A stretch of 64,000 nt of DNA from Nanobdellota archaeon (GTDB lineage Archaea; Nanobdellota; Nanobdellia; Woesearchaeales; UBA11576): the NCBI GenBank assembly GCA_042576705.1, contig JBHPEY010000003.1:3438-67437 (forward strand), in the 5' to 3' direction. The notes under the pieces were generated by a model. It had not been told where the DNA came from. It saw only the letters and a list, made by a program, of their open reading frames with translations, and did no database searches. Of the stretch, positions 10,331-19,299 are shown one piece after another; the stretch's first letter is position 1, and each line of letters opens with the position of its first letter. Made by a program: the position numbers and the translations under genes.

Positions 10331-10335
10331 TATTA
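10321..10335. promoter_or_regulatory. Fur/Per-box-like 7-1-7 site over the regulator start codon
   Basis: TGAGAAC-C-ATTATTA versus consensus TGATAAT-N-ATTATCA (11/14). Confidence 0.55.
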
Positions 10336-10426
10336 ATTAGGAGGTGTTACTGATATATAAATGTTGTGGATTCTGTGGCCTGACAAAAGAAAAGTTATTA
10401 AAAGCAGACCACCAATATGTAAATGC

Positions 10427-10966
10427 ATGGAAAACAAGACCCTCGGAACACTCCTAGTAATCTCGTCTGTCGTGCTTCTGATACTCCTTGTACTGATACG
10501 CCAGATTGTCGTCGGTGCTTACCAATCAGAGATAGACAGGAACGTGAAGCTGGAAGGCGTGTGCCATGCTGATGAGGGAGTCTGCCCGCATGAGAGCATG
10601 CTTCAGGCACAGGTGCCTATATTCCTGGCAGGGATAGTGCTTGTGGGTGTAGCCAGCCTGGGTGTATATATCATATTCTTTGAGAGGTCGCAGAAAGAGA
10701 TAGTGTCTGCGCTTCGGAAGCAGAAGCTGATGAAGATTAAGGAGGAGAAGTTCTCACTGCTGCTTCGAGGGATGGACAAGGATGAGCAGAAAGTCATGAA
10801 GGCTGTAAAGGAGCAGGATGGGATAACCCAGCAGACGCTGCGGCTCAGGACAGACCTTCACAAGTCCAAGCTCAGTATAGTGCTTGACGGCCTTGAGAAG
10901 AAGGGGCTGGTCAGGAGGGTGCTGAAGGGCAAGACCAAGCAGGTGTTCCTCAAGATACGGATATAA
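10427..10966 (+). CDS. Membrane protein with C-terminal MarR-type winged HTH
   Basis: Two TMs around a C..C.H loop; GITQQTLR..KSKLS..L..LEKKGLV.R. Confidence 0.8.
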   Translation: MENKTLGTLLVISSVVLLILLVLIRQIVVGAYQSEIDRNVKLEGVCHADEGVCPHESMLQAQVPIFLAGIVLVGVASLGVYIIFFERSQKEIVSALRKQKLMKIKEEKFSLLLRGMDKDEQKVMKAVKEQDGITQQTLRLRTDLHKSKLSIVLDGLEKKGLVRRVLKGKTKQVFLKIRI

Positions 10967-10967
10967 A

Positions 10968-10998
10968 AATAATCCTGACATCTGGTGTCGGGATTATT
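10968..10998. terminator. Hairpin directly after stop codon
   Basis: AATAATCCTGACA / TGTCGGGATTATT inverted repeat. Confidence 0.45.
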
Positions 10999-11165
10999 GA
11001 ACAATGTAAGTTCCTTTCTTTTTCAGTCTAATAACTCAAGCAGGTAGTTTTCGATGCGGAACTTGTATGTAAACGGTAACTCCTTTGAATTCTGTTGTTT
11101 CAGGCTTTTTTTGATGGTCAGTTTCAGCGCTAAAATATATCTAAATGCTATGCTTTCTTGTTTCC

Positions 11166-11528
11166 ATGAAACCGGTCAAGATACGATTCACATGGGTGCT
11201 GGTGCTGCTGGTGCTTGTGATTGCAGGTGTCGTCTATGCCAGGAGCAGGCCTGTCGAGGGGCTGGATGGGTTTGCGCAATGCCTCTCAGAGAAAGGCGCT
11301 GTGATGTATGGGACCTACTGGTGCAGCCACTGTAATGCACAGAAGGCGGATTTTGGTGATGCGTTTTCGCATATCGAGTATGTGGAATGCTCTGACCAGA
11401 AAGAGCTCTGCGCAGAGAATGATGTGCAGGGCTTTCCCACATGGATCATAGATGGAGCAAAGTATGAAGGGCGGCAGCCATTGTCCAGGCTGAGCGCACT
11501 TACCGGTTGCGATCTGGAAAAGAGTTGA
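11166..11528 (+). CDS. Membrane-anchored thioredoxin-fold protein
   Basis: N-terminal TM, MYGTYWCSHC..QK..FG, YVEC, GFPTW. Confidence 0.85.
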   Translation: MKPVKIRFTWVLVLLVLVIAGVVYARSRPVEGLDGFAQCLSEKGAVMYGTYWCSHCNAQKADFGDAFSHIEYVECSDQKELCAENDVQGFPTWIIDGAKYEGRQPLSRLSALTGCDLEKS

Positions 11529-11532
11529 TGAG

Positions 11533-11760
11533 GTGAATAAGATGCAGAAGATAACCATAATATCAGTAGTGCTTGCGATCCTGTTGGTTGCAGGGGCGGT
11601 ATTCGCTGCGGCAGACTTCCTTGGAAGCGAAGAACCTGTTGAGAGCCAGGAACAACCTGTTGTGAGCCAGGGAAGCTGTGCCAGCGGTGCCTGCGGAGCA
11701 GGATGCGACAGTAGCTGCGGCGGAAGTTGCGGGGTCCCCAGCTGCGGCTGCGGAAGCTAA
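11533..11760 (+). CDS. Small exported protein with Cys/Gly/Ser-rich tail
   Basis: GAGGTG SD, signal/TM, tail CASGACGAGCDSSCGGSCGVPSCGCGS; start 11533 or 11542. Confidence 0.75.
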   Translation: MNKMQKITIISVVLAILLVAGAVFAAADFLGSEEPVESQEQPVVSQGSCASGACGAGCDSSCGGSCGVPSCGCGS

Positions 11761-11836
11761 TCTTTTCTTTCTTTTTTTTGTTTTTTGAATAGGAATATTT
11801 ATAACTGAGAGGTCGACGTTTCTTTTTGGGTGGATT

Positions 11837-12463
11837 ATGGCCAATGCGATACAGTGTGCAAGAGAGATCAGGAATGACGCAATAAAAGACCTTGTAGACA
11901 GACGTCTCGCGGGGTTCAAACGGCTCGGCAGGAAATCGAGCAGGGAACTGTTCAAGGAACTGTGCTTCTGCATACTGACTGCGAATTACTCTGCAGAGGG
12001 CGGCATCCGTATCCAGAAGAAGATAAATAATGGATTTCTTACATTGAGTGAGAAGCAGCTGGCCAAGGCGCTCAAGGAGCAGAGGTATCGGTTCCCTAAT
12101 GTGCGGGCGGGCTATATTGTCGAGGCTCGGAAGCATGCGGTGGATATCAAGAAGAGATTGGCGGGTTTCGATTGCGAGAAGGATGCACGTGACTGGCTGG
12201 CCCGGAATGTCAAGGGGTTAGGGTACAAGGAAGCGAGCCATTTCCTGCGGAATGTCGGTTACGAGAGTGTCGCAATCATTGATTTCCACATCATAGATTT
12301 CCTTGTGGGCCATGGGCTTATAGAGAAGCCCAAGACCATGACGCCTAAAAGATATGTTGAGATTGAGAACGTGCTGCAGGATGTGGCAGACAAGGCAAGC
12401 ATGCATCTGGGTGAGCTTGACCTTTACATGTGGTATTGTGAGACTGGGAGAATATTGAAGTAA
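11837..12463 (+). CDS. ogg: 8-oxoguanine DNA glycosylase/AP lyase (Ogg2-type)
   Basis: ELCFCILTAN, RFPN.RA.YI, HhH KGLGYKEASHFLRNVG, IIDFH, C-terminal ILK. Confidence 0.92.
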   Translation: MANAIQCAREIRNDAIKDLVDRRLAGFKRLGRKSSRELFKELCFCILTANYSAEGGIRIQKKINNGFLTLSEKQLAKALKEQRYRFPNVRAGYIVEARKHAVDIKKRLAGFDCEKDARDWLARNVKGLGYKEASHFLRNVGYESVAIIDFHIIDFLVGHGLIEKPKTMTPKRYVEIENVLQDVADKASMHLGELDLYMWYCETGRILK

Positions 12464-12485
12464 GGGCGTCAATATCTGTCTTTGG

Positions 12486-13619
12486 TCATCTTGGGTTGTC
12501 CTTTGCTGAGTCGTAAACAAAAACTTCATTCTTGTATTTCTGGTCGCAGACTGATTTCAGGTTCCTGGCGCGTCTTGTCAGGGATGCCCTGTTCTTTTCC
12601 ACCACGTTATCAAGACTCTCTTTGTTGATCCTTGTGTACTCTATTGTGCTGTAGTCATACTCGTAGATGGTTATCGCAAGGTTCCTTGAGCAGGTCAGGG
12701 TCATCGAGTGGATGTATGTCAGCTTTGTCTCTTCTATGCCCTTGAACTGCTCGATGGTAAATACCTCGTTGTTATCATAATCATGGTCTGTGAATTCACC
12801 TGATTTGTATGTTATGTCGTAGTCTGTTATGCTTCCGTAGACAGATTCGACGAGCCAGTCCTCAATCTCGGTGACATTGTTGTAGATGATATCCTCTTCT
12901 TTTGTGAAGTTCCTGAACTCCCACTCAGAGTATTCATACCATTTCTCATATCCTGTGCGTTGTGTCGGGTATTGTGCAGTCGCTTCGCTCTTGGTTATCC
13001 TCTCTTCGTATGTCTGAGCCTCCCTGCTCTTCAGGCTGTGTATCACATACCAGTTCATGAACTCAGAATACTTCAGCAGGTTGCCTGACGTGTTCAGGAG
13101 GTACACATCATTCACTATATTGCTCAGCAGCATCCACCTGCTTACTACCAGCGGCTTGTACTTCACATCAAGGAAGTCTGCCATGTAGCGCGGGATCTGC
13201 AGGTCATAGTAGAAAAGCTTGGCCACTACCTCATTCACGTTGATGTCCTTGCGGAACTTTATGCCATTCCTGTAGATACCATTGATATCATGGGTGATCT
13301 CACCAAGCGTGAAGTTCCTTGGGATGTACTTGTAGATGATTATCTTGCACGCGCCGCAGTCCTTCCAGCAGGTGGTGCAGTTCTCTGTCGCGTTCTCGCA
13401 GGCGCCATTGCCGCAGGTGTTTGGGATGAATTCTGTTTCGTTGACTACTGCTTCATCATCGCAGATGTTGTCTGAGTCTGTGTCTGCGCAGCAGCGTTCG
13501 CCGATTATCGTATCATTAGGTTCGCAGACTATCACTTCGGTCTTTTTGATGCAGCCTGAGACAACAAGGAGTAGAAGCACTAATAGAAATAATGCGATAA
13601 GTCCTCCTTTTTTGTCCAT
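12486..13619 (-). CDS. Hypothetical lipoprotein with Cys-rich N-terminal module
   Basis: Lipobox VSGC; CC.D...D.ICD and CGNG.C...ENC.TC..DC. Confidence 0.75.
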   Translation of the reverse strand: MDKKGGLIALFLLVLLLLVVSGCIKKTEVIVCEPNDTIIGERCCADTDSDNICDDEAVVNETEFIPNTCGNGACENATENCTTCWKDCGACKIIIYKYIPRNFTLGEITHDINGIYRNGIKFRKDINVNEVVAKLFYYDLQIPRYMADFLDVKYKPLVVSRWMLLSNIVNDVYLLNTSGNLLKYSEFMNWYVIHSLKSREAQTYEERITKSEATAQYPTQRTGYEKWYEYSEWEFRNFTKEEDIIYNNVTEIEDWLVESVYGSITDYDITYKSGEFTDHDYDNNEVFTIEQFKGIEETKLTYIHSMTLTCSRNLAITIYEYDYSTIEYTRINKESLDNVVEKNRASLTRRARNLKSVCDQKYKNEVFVYDSAKDNPR

Positions 13620-13832
13620 GAGGGGGATTAGAGGAAACTGTTTTATAAATGTTGCCTCTGGTGGTGTGGGTCGGTCAGGGATTTTCTTTTTAATTCTTAA
13701 TTCAGCTTTGGTTTTGGTGGTGGATGTTGGTTTGACAATAGAGATGGGATTCGCACCAAAGCTGATGTATTGTTTGGAGTATTGGATGTAGCAAGCCTGA
13801 TTGGGAATGTTGCTGCTTATTGTGTATTTGAT

Positions 13833-14082
13833 TAGGCAGCAGCCATTGCAACCGTTCGGTTGCAGGGTTGTCTGCGGCTGACGCCTTAGCCAACTTTCGG
13901 TAAATGAACGATATAAGGGAAATGGCCTTCGGCCGGAACGAATGACAAAACAGTCTTAGAACCTGAGTTCGTGATGGTTGCGGCAGATAGGTTTCCGGGC
14001 GCCCCAAAATATTTACCTTCAGATTGCACTATCCTGAAAAGATTCTGAGCTTTCCGTAACAGTGTCATCTGTGCCGCAATCT
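13833..14082. other. Unidentified structured intergenic element (family B core at 13894-13961)
   Basis: Stems TGCAACC/GGTTGCA, GGCTGA/TTAGCC, TTGCGGCAGAT/ATCTGTGCCGCAA; core aligns to 38694-38762(-). Confidence 0.5.
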
Positions 14083-14135
14083 TATTGCTATTCCCCCTGA
14101 AGCCTTTATTAGGCAGTTTTGTGTATACTATCTCT

Positions 14136-14474
14136 ATGCAGGAGAAGACCTTGCTCAAGATAGCACTTGCGGTTGGCGTTGTGGGCTTGGCGGTGCTGTT
14201 TTTTATCTCACAAAGCATATCCATAGATGAAGCCATGCTCAACCGCCTGGATGGGATGGTCGATGAGACTGTGGTCATCACAGGAGTTGTGCTTGATGTG
14301 AGCACGTTTGGTTCTGTGACTTCTGTCATGATAGAGAAGAATGAGCTCACATCGGTCGTGCTTTTCGGGGATGCTCCCCTGCTGGAGACAGGGGATCTTG
14401 TGCAGGTCAGGGGAAAGGTTGTCGAGAATGAAGGAGAGACTGAGCTGATCGGTGAGGAAATAAGGGTAATATGA
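14136..14474 (+). CDS. Membrane-anchored OB-fold protein
   Basis: N-terminal TM, V.ITG.V, GDLVQVRGKV. Confidence 0.7.
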   Translation: MQEKTLLKIALAVGVVGLAVLFFISQSISIDEAMLNRLDGMVDETVVITGVVLDVSTFGSVTSVMIEKNELTSVVLFGDAPLLETGDLVQVRGKVVENEGETELIGEEIRVI

Positions 14475-14686
14475 GAAGAAACGCGCCAAAAACCGGTTTT
14501 TTCACATCGGTTGAGGGTCTTTAGTGTGGTTTTTCGTATACTGTTAGTTTTTTAACATCTCTGATTCTTTAACAAATGTATGCTTCACTATATAATAAAC
14601 GTAAGATTTATAAAACAGTTAATCATCGGTTTAATAGTTTGGGGGTTAGTAAACTCACAATTCAATGCTACAAACGAGGTGATTGA

Positions 14687-15271
14687 ATGAAATTAAGATA
14701 TCTGGCAGTAATTGTCGCGATAACGCTGTTGCTTCTTCTTGGAGGATGTGGAAAGAAGGCAGCTCCAGCTCCGGCTCCTGCTCCAGCTCCGGCACCAGCT
14801 CCAGCTCCGGCTCCAGCTCCGGCTCCAGCACCTGAGCCAGTTGTCGAAGAGGTTGTAGATGAGACTGCAGACGTTATCCTTGAAGAGGGTGGCGACGTGA
14901 CAGAAGCGGCTGAAGAAGAGAAAGAGTCAAAGGGACTTGCATCAGACCTTACAACAGTAACCGAAGCTTTCCCACAGGCTTCCTGCGATCTGAAACAGAT
15001 TGACGGCAAGGAAAAGAGAGTCATCAATGTCAAGATCATGAACATTGAGGACGAGACATGGGAGATCTACGGTAAGGAAAATCCGAAGGGTAAGGTAAGG
15101 ATCGGCAACAGGGCTGTGATACATATCATGCCTGGCTGTGAAAAGATGTCCCTTGAACCTGGCGAGGCTACAATCTGTGATACCATCAACATGGGTGTCA
15201 TAGAAGGTGAGAACAGGGTAACTGTTAACACGCCAACCGGCCAGTACGCAAGACTTGTCGACTGCCCATAA
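14687..15271 (+). CDS. Lipoprotein with Ala-Pro linker
   Basis: GAGGTG SD, lipobox LGGC, about 12 AP repeats encoded by GCWCCR hexamers. Confidence 0.8.
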   Translation: MKLRYLAVIVAITLLLLLGGCGKKAAPAPAPAPAPAPAPAPAPAPAPAPEPVVEEVVDETADVILEEGGDVTEAAEEEKESKGLASDLTTVTEAFPQASCDLKQIDGKEKRVINVKIMNIEDETWEIYGKENPKGKVRIGNRAVIHIMPGCEKMSLEPGEATICDTINMGVIEGENRVTVNTPTGQYARLVDCP

Positions 15272-15320
15272 GGGTATATTTTTTTTCTTTTTTTAGTATC
15301 TTTTTCTGATAGGGTTAATC

Positions 15321-16223
15321 CTATAATCCACCAATTGTTCTGCTGTATTTCCCTTTGTGATTTTGATTGGGATTGTGGCTTGTGTACTCGCCGGGCTGGG
15401 AAGCAGATATCCATATGTAGTTGGTGCCATTTAACTTACGCAGGAACGGGTTAGGCTCGTTGTACTTCCTGCGTCTTTGTCTTCTCTTCTTTGGTCTTGC
15501 TCTGATGCGTTTTGTAGGTTTCTTTATGATGGGGTGGTAATCCTCTGCTAAAGAGGCAATCCTGTCCAGTTCGTAGTCTATCTTTGTATTATCGACAGCA
15601 GCAACTTTTTTTGGGTAGGGTGGCTTTACAGGTGTCTCTGCTGCTGCTTTGTTCTCTGCTGTCTTGGGATATAGTGATTCACACGACGGATAGAATGTGT
15701 GGGCAATCAGGCTGACGGCAACTGCTGCCTGGAGTACCTTATGCAGTATCTTTGGAAGCCGCCTGTCTTTTGATCTTTCCTGCATGCTGATTTCTGGACT
15801 ATCTTCCGGCTCCTGCATAGGTGCTTGATACTGTTGGTTTCCGTACAATCCCACACCCATGTTTATCAGACCTCTGTCAGGATCCTTCCTGCTAGTCACA
15901 AAATCCTCCAGGTGGAAGGGCTCATCCCTGATCGGATTGTTCTCTTCATCGTAAAGCATTATCGCGAGCCTGTTTGAAGGGTTGTCCTGCTTCGTGAGCC
16001 TGTCATACTTCATGAGTCCATCTACCAGGCTGAGCAGTCCTTGCTCTTCTTCTGTGCAGTCGTCTCTATTGTGGACAAGTCCCGTGATGACCTGCTCAAA
16101 GGTCTTGAATAGGTATTTTGGGCGGTCATCATTGCAGATGCTTCTTGTTATCTGACCGTACCCGCTATTGTTGTTCTGGTGGTGTACATCAAGATTGAGT
16201 CTGATTTCAAGATTGTCTGGCAA
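15321..16223 (-). CDS. Hypothetical protein, one hydrophobic segment, basic C-terminus
   Basis: Long ORF; GGAGGTG SD before in-frame TTG at 16223. Confidence 0.65.
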   Translation of the reverse strand: MPDNLEIRLNLDVHHQNNNSGYGQITRSICNDDRPKYLFKTFEQVITGLVHNRDDCTEEEQGLLSLVDGLMKYDRLTKQDNPSNRLAIMLYDEENNPIRDEPFHLEDFVTSRKDPDRGLINMGVGLYGNQQYQAPMQEPEDSPEISMQERSKDRRLPKILHKVLQAAVAVSLIAHTFYPSCESLYPKTAENKAAAETPVKPPYPKKVAAVDNTKIDYELDRIASLAEDYHPIIKKPTKRIRARPKKRRQRRRKYNEPNPFLRKLNGTNYIWISASQPGEYTSHNPNQNHKGKYSRTIGGL

Positions 16224-16444
16224 TATATCACACCTCCATGGAGAGATATACGCATCCAGGCTTAATAGTCCCTTCGCAGGCATTGGCGTGGATCTTCTGG
16301 CTTAGCCGGATGTATTTCAGGCAGGAGATTGTGCTTCCGGAATCGATCCATAATGCTGAAATTCTTTCGGATCAGATGCAAGAAAAAGGGAAATATTTAC
16401 GGCACTATCAATAGCACCGCGATGATAAAAAGCGCACCACCCCC

Positions 16445-16864
16445 TTATTTTGCTGCCTTCTTCTTCAGTTTGCGCTGGTTGAATCTGATGAACTTCATCA
16501 GCTTCTCAGAGTAACGGTTCAGCTTGGAGTTCAGGTCAAGGAACCTCTCAGAAGGGATGTAGTTAAGGTCGTTGCAGAGCAGCAGAAGTGTGGTCAGCTG
16601 CTTTGTAGACACGTATGCCCGCTTTAGATGCCGCAGGTACTGTTTGCAGAGCTTGAAGCTTGCTGCTTTTGACAGGTTGATCGGCAGCTCGATCGCTGCG
16701 GATTTGAGCTCCTGCGTAATGACATTGTTCTGGTCGAAATTGTCGGATTCCCTGCAGATGTCAAGACAAAGGTTGTAACCCCCTTCCCAAACAGCCATGT
16801 TCCTGAAGGCAGATGCGCCGGAACTGGATACTTCCAGTTGTTTGGTTATTGTCACAGATCTCAT
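16445..16864 (-). CDS. Four-helix-bundle protein (23S rRNA IVP/bAvd-like superfamily), divergent
   Basis: FRNMAVWE, QELKSAAIELPINLS, YL..L..A..S..QL.T.L.L..DL.YI pattern. Confidence 0.7.
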   Translation of the reverse strand: MRSVTITKQLEVSSSGASAFRNMAVWEGGYNLCLDICRESDNFDQNNVITQELKSAAIELPINLSKAASFKLCKQYLRHLKRAYVSTKQLTTLLLLCNDLNYIPSERFLDLNSKLNRYSEKLMKFIRFNQRKLKKKAAK

Positions 16865-16992
16865 GTAGAGTATAATGTTTTGGTGATTCTTAAATATTGA
16901 TTCGGGGTTTTTTACTTAAATCTTGTATTTTTAGGGATTTGTTCATTTTTATATAAATTGTTGGGGGGTTTTTAAACACTCTTCAGCTGGGC

Positions 16993-17185
16993 GGGGTAAA
17001 TCCAAGGCCTGCTCCGCTTTTTGCTCGCTGCGCTTCGCAAAAAGCTCCGTGCGCTGCCAGGCGAAGCGCTTAATGTATTACTACATAGGGCCGCCGTCCC
17101 CGTAGGGGCCGTCCCCCCGGCGGCCTGCATATCCTTGCTGGAATGCGCTTCGCAAAGGGGGCAGCGGCGGCCTTGGATTTACCCC
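16993..17185. repeat. Intergenic structured element, family A copy 2
   Basis: Perfect 17-bp terminal IR GGGGTAAATCCAAGGCC/GGCCTTGGATTTACCCC; internal modules colinear with 32727-32917. Confidence 0.8.
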
Positions 17186-17265
17186 TGGATGTTATTATTA
17201 AAGTGGGAGTGGGTCATGCGAAAGTTTTATATCATTCGCGACTATGGATTTATCTGGGTGATCAT

Positions 17266-18090
17266 ATGGAGAATAAGCTATTTTATGGAATATCGATTCT
17301 GTTTGTCATCTTTATTCTTATGCTGTCTGGCTGTGCGCCTAAGATGGTGCAGCCTGATGTGAAGGACACTACTGATACAGTGAAGAAGACAGAGACTGTG
17401 AAGGAAGAGACAACTACTGAGACAGAGACTGAAGAAGAGGAAGAAGAGACTGTTGTTGAGGAAGTAGAGGAAGAAGAAGAGGATGTGGATTATAATTTCG
17501 AGGCGCTTCCAAAGGAACAGCAGAGAAAGGTCAAGCTTGTACGTAATCTGCTTGAGGAAGCACGGGGTAGGGACGAGAATTACTTCTTCAGGTTCTCCAG
17601 TCCCAAAATACTCCAGACAGCTGTCTGGGTCAAGAGTGATGTGATCAAGCGTGAGATACGAAGGCCTTCAGAGATGGACAAGACAAAGCCATACAATATG
17701 GTGTATCTTGATACCGGAGCCTTGACTGCAAAGGGATACTGCGAGACTTCAAAGGCAAAGTGCTGGGAAGGGAAAGGACCTTTTTCAGAGAACTACAACA
17801 AATGGCTGATCAAGACTCCGAAACAATGGGTCATGGAGCTTGGGGATGAGTTCACCTTTGCGCTTGACAATAAGATTGGGGACCAGCTGTACCACATCGT
17901 TGATTTCAGGAAGGACGGCAAGACAATCCGAGTCTATGTGAATGACTACCGTGGCTGGCCTGCAAGGGTTGAGGTGTACAACAGGGAAGTCGCTCTTGAT
18001 AGCCTGCCTACGGGAAGTCCTGATGAAGAATATATCTATGATGACATGGATATCGGCGGGGTCAGCGAGGATGATGTGACGCCTGGTTAA
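17266..18090 (+). CDS. Hypothetical lipoprotein with acidic linker
   Basis: GGTGA SD, lipobox LSGC, Glu/Thr-rich linker. Confidence 0.78.
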   Translation: MENKLFYGISILFVIFILMLSGCAPKMVQPDVKDTTDTVKKTETVKEETTTETETEEEEEETVVEEVEEEEEDVDYNFEALPKEQQRKVKLVRNLLEEARGRDENYFFRFSSPKILQTAVWVKSDVIKREIRRPSEMDKTKPYNMVYLDTGALTAKGYCETSKAKCWEGKGPFSENYNKWLIKTPKQWVMELGDEFTFALDNKIGDQLYHIVDFRKDGKTIRVYVNDYRGWPARVEVYNREVALDSLPTGSPDEEYIYDDMDIGGVSEDDVTPG

Positions 18091-18107
18091 GAATCTTTTT
18101 TAATATT

Positions 18108-19187
18108 TTATTTTCTTTTGACAAGATTTAGCACAGTAATCTCACTTCTAGAACCGAATCTCATCGGAGGGCCCCATGTCCCTGTGCCGGGTGAGACGTG
18201 AAGGTACATGTCATTGTGCATGTAAATGCCGCTAATCTTTGGGTAGAATATCCTGGTGATAAGATTGAACGGGAATATCTGTCCGTTGTGGGTGTGGCCT
18301 GAGAGCTGGAGGTCGACGCCTGCTCTGCTTGCGTCCTCAAGACCCTGCGGCGGATGGAACATCAGGACAGATGGTCTTTTCTTGTCGAACTTTATCTTGC
18401 TGATCTCATCATTTGTCCTGCGCATCTCCCTTGCGGGATTGTCGATGCCTATAACCTGGATGCCCTTGTACTCGACAACCTCGTTCCGCAGGACCTCGAC
18501 TTTGGTCATCTCAAGGAGACCGATCACTTCATCTATGCCTTCGTACATCTCGTGGTTGCCTGTTGAGAAGAATGTCTTTGGCCTGAGCTTGTTGAGCGGG
18601 GCGACGCTGTGCTCTACTATCTTTCCGCTGCCGTCCACAAAGTCGCCTGTGATCAGTACCATGTCCGGGTTGATGTCGTTGATCTTATCGACTATGCGGG
18701 TCATGTAGCCGGAGTTATGGATTGTTCCCAGATGCACGTCAGATATCTGCACTAGAGTGGTTTCTTTCTCCAGGTTGTCTATTGGAATCTCTATCGTGTT
18801 GACTCGTATGAAGAATGCGTTTATTATCCCGTAGAAGACGATGACCAGCACCACGAGCATGATGACAAGGCCTGCTGTCTTGTCATTAGTCTTTGTTATC
18901 AAGCGCACTATCTCATAGACTGCTAGTGAGACCAGCAGTAGGAAGACTGCTCCGAGCCAGGTCGCGGCCAGCGCATAAAAGACCCGAGCTATCTGGCCGC
19001 CGATGAACCGTTCCATGAAGCTCATCAAGGGGAATGACAGGGTCAATGCGACCATCGCCAGATAGAACCACAGGTTCCGGTGCATCTTCAGGAATGCGCT
19101 CAGGCGCATGAATGTATAGAAGTGCATGCCGAAGTATATCGTGAAGAATATGCCAAAAAATATGATGAATGCAAGTATGCGGTTCAT
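18108..19187 (-). CDS. Membrane-bound metallophosphoesterase (YkuE-like)
   Basis: 4 TMs; SDVHLG, TGDFVD, GNHE, SGHTHNGQ, GTWGPPMR. Confidence 0.92.
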   Translation of the reverse strand: MNRILAFIIFFGIFFTIYFGMHFYTFMRLSAFLKMHRNLWFYLAMVALTLSFPLMSFMERFIGGQIARVFYALAATWLGAVFLLLVSLAVYEIVRLITKTNDKTAGLVIMLVVLVIVFYGIINAFFIRVNTIEIPIDNLEKETTLVQISDVHLGTIHNSGYMTRIVDKINDINPDMVLITGDFVDGSGKIVEHSVAPLNKLRPKTFFSTGNHEMYEGIDEVIGLLEMTKVEVLRNEVVEYKGIQVIGIDNPAREMRRTNDEISKIKFDKKRPSVLMFHPPQGLEDASRAGVDLQLSGHTHNGQIFPFNLITRIFYPKISGIYMHNDMYLHVSPGTGTWGPPMRFGSRSEITVLNLVKRK

Positions 19188-19299
19188 GAGATTATCATCT
19201 GCGGTTGTTGTTTAAAAATCTATCTGCAGAGCTCACGCTAATACCAAGCGTTTCATTATAGAAAAAAAAAGAAAAAAATAATGAAAACCGCGCATAGGA

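Noticed and set aside
13833..14082. RNase P or SRP RNA
   Set aside because: No GAGGAA..UCC / ACAGAA..GGCUUA P4 pair and no SRP helix-8 CAGG..GGAA..AGCA motif on either strand.
14759..14833. Hexamer tandem repeat as a separate element
   Set aside because: Fully explained as the Ala-Pro linker, with synonymous variation.
16993..17185. Hammerhead ribozyme or classical MITE
   Set aside because: The junction lacks CUGANGA/GAAA; terminal IR sequences differ between copies and no target-site duplication is evident.
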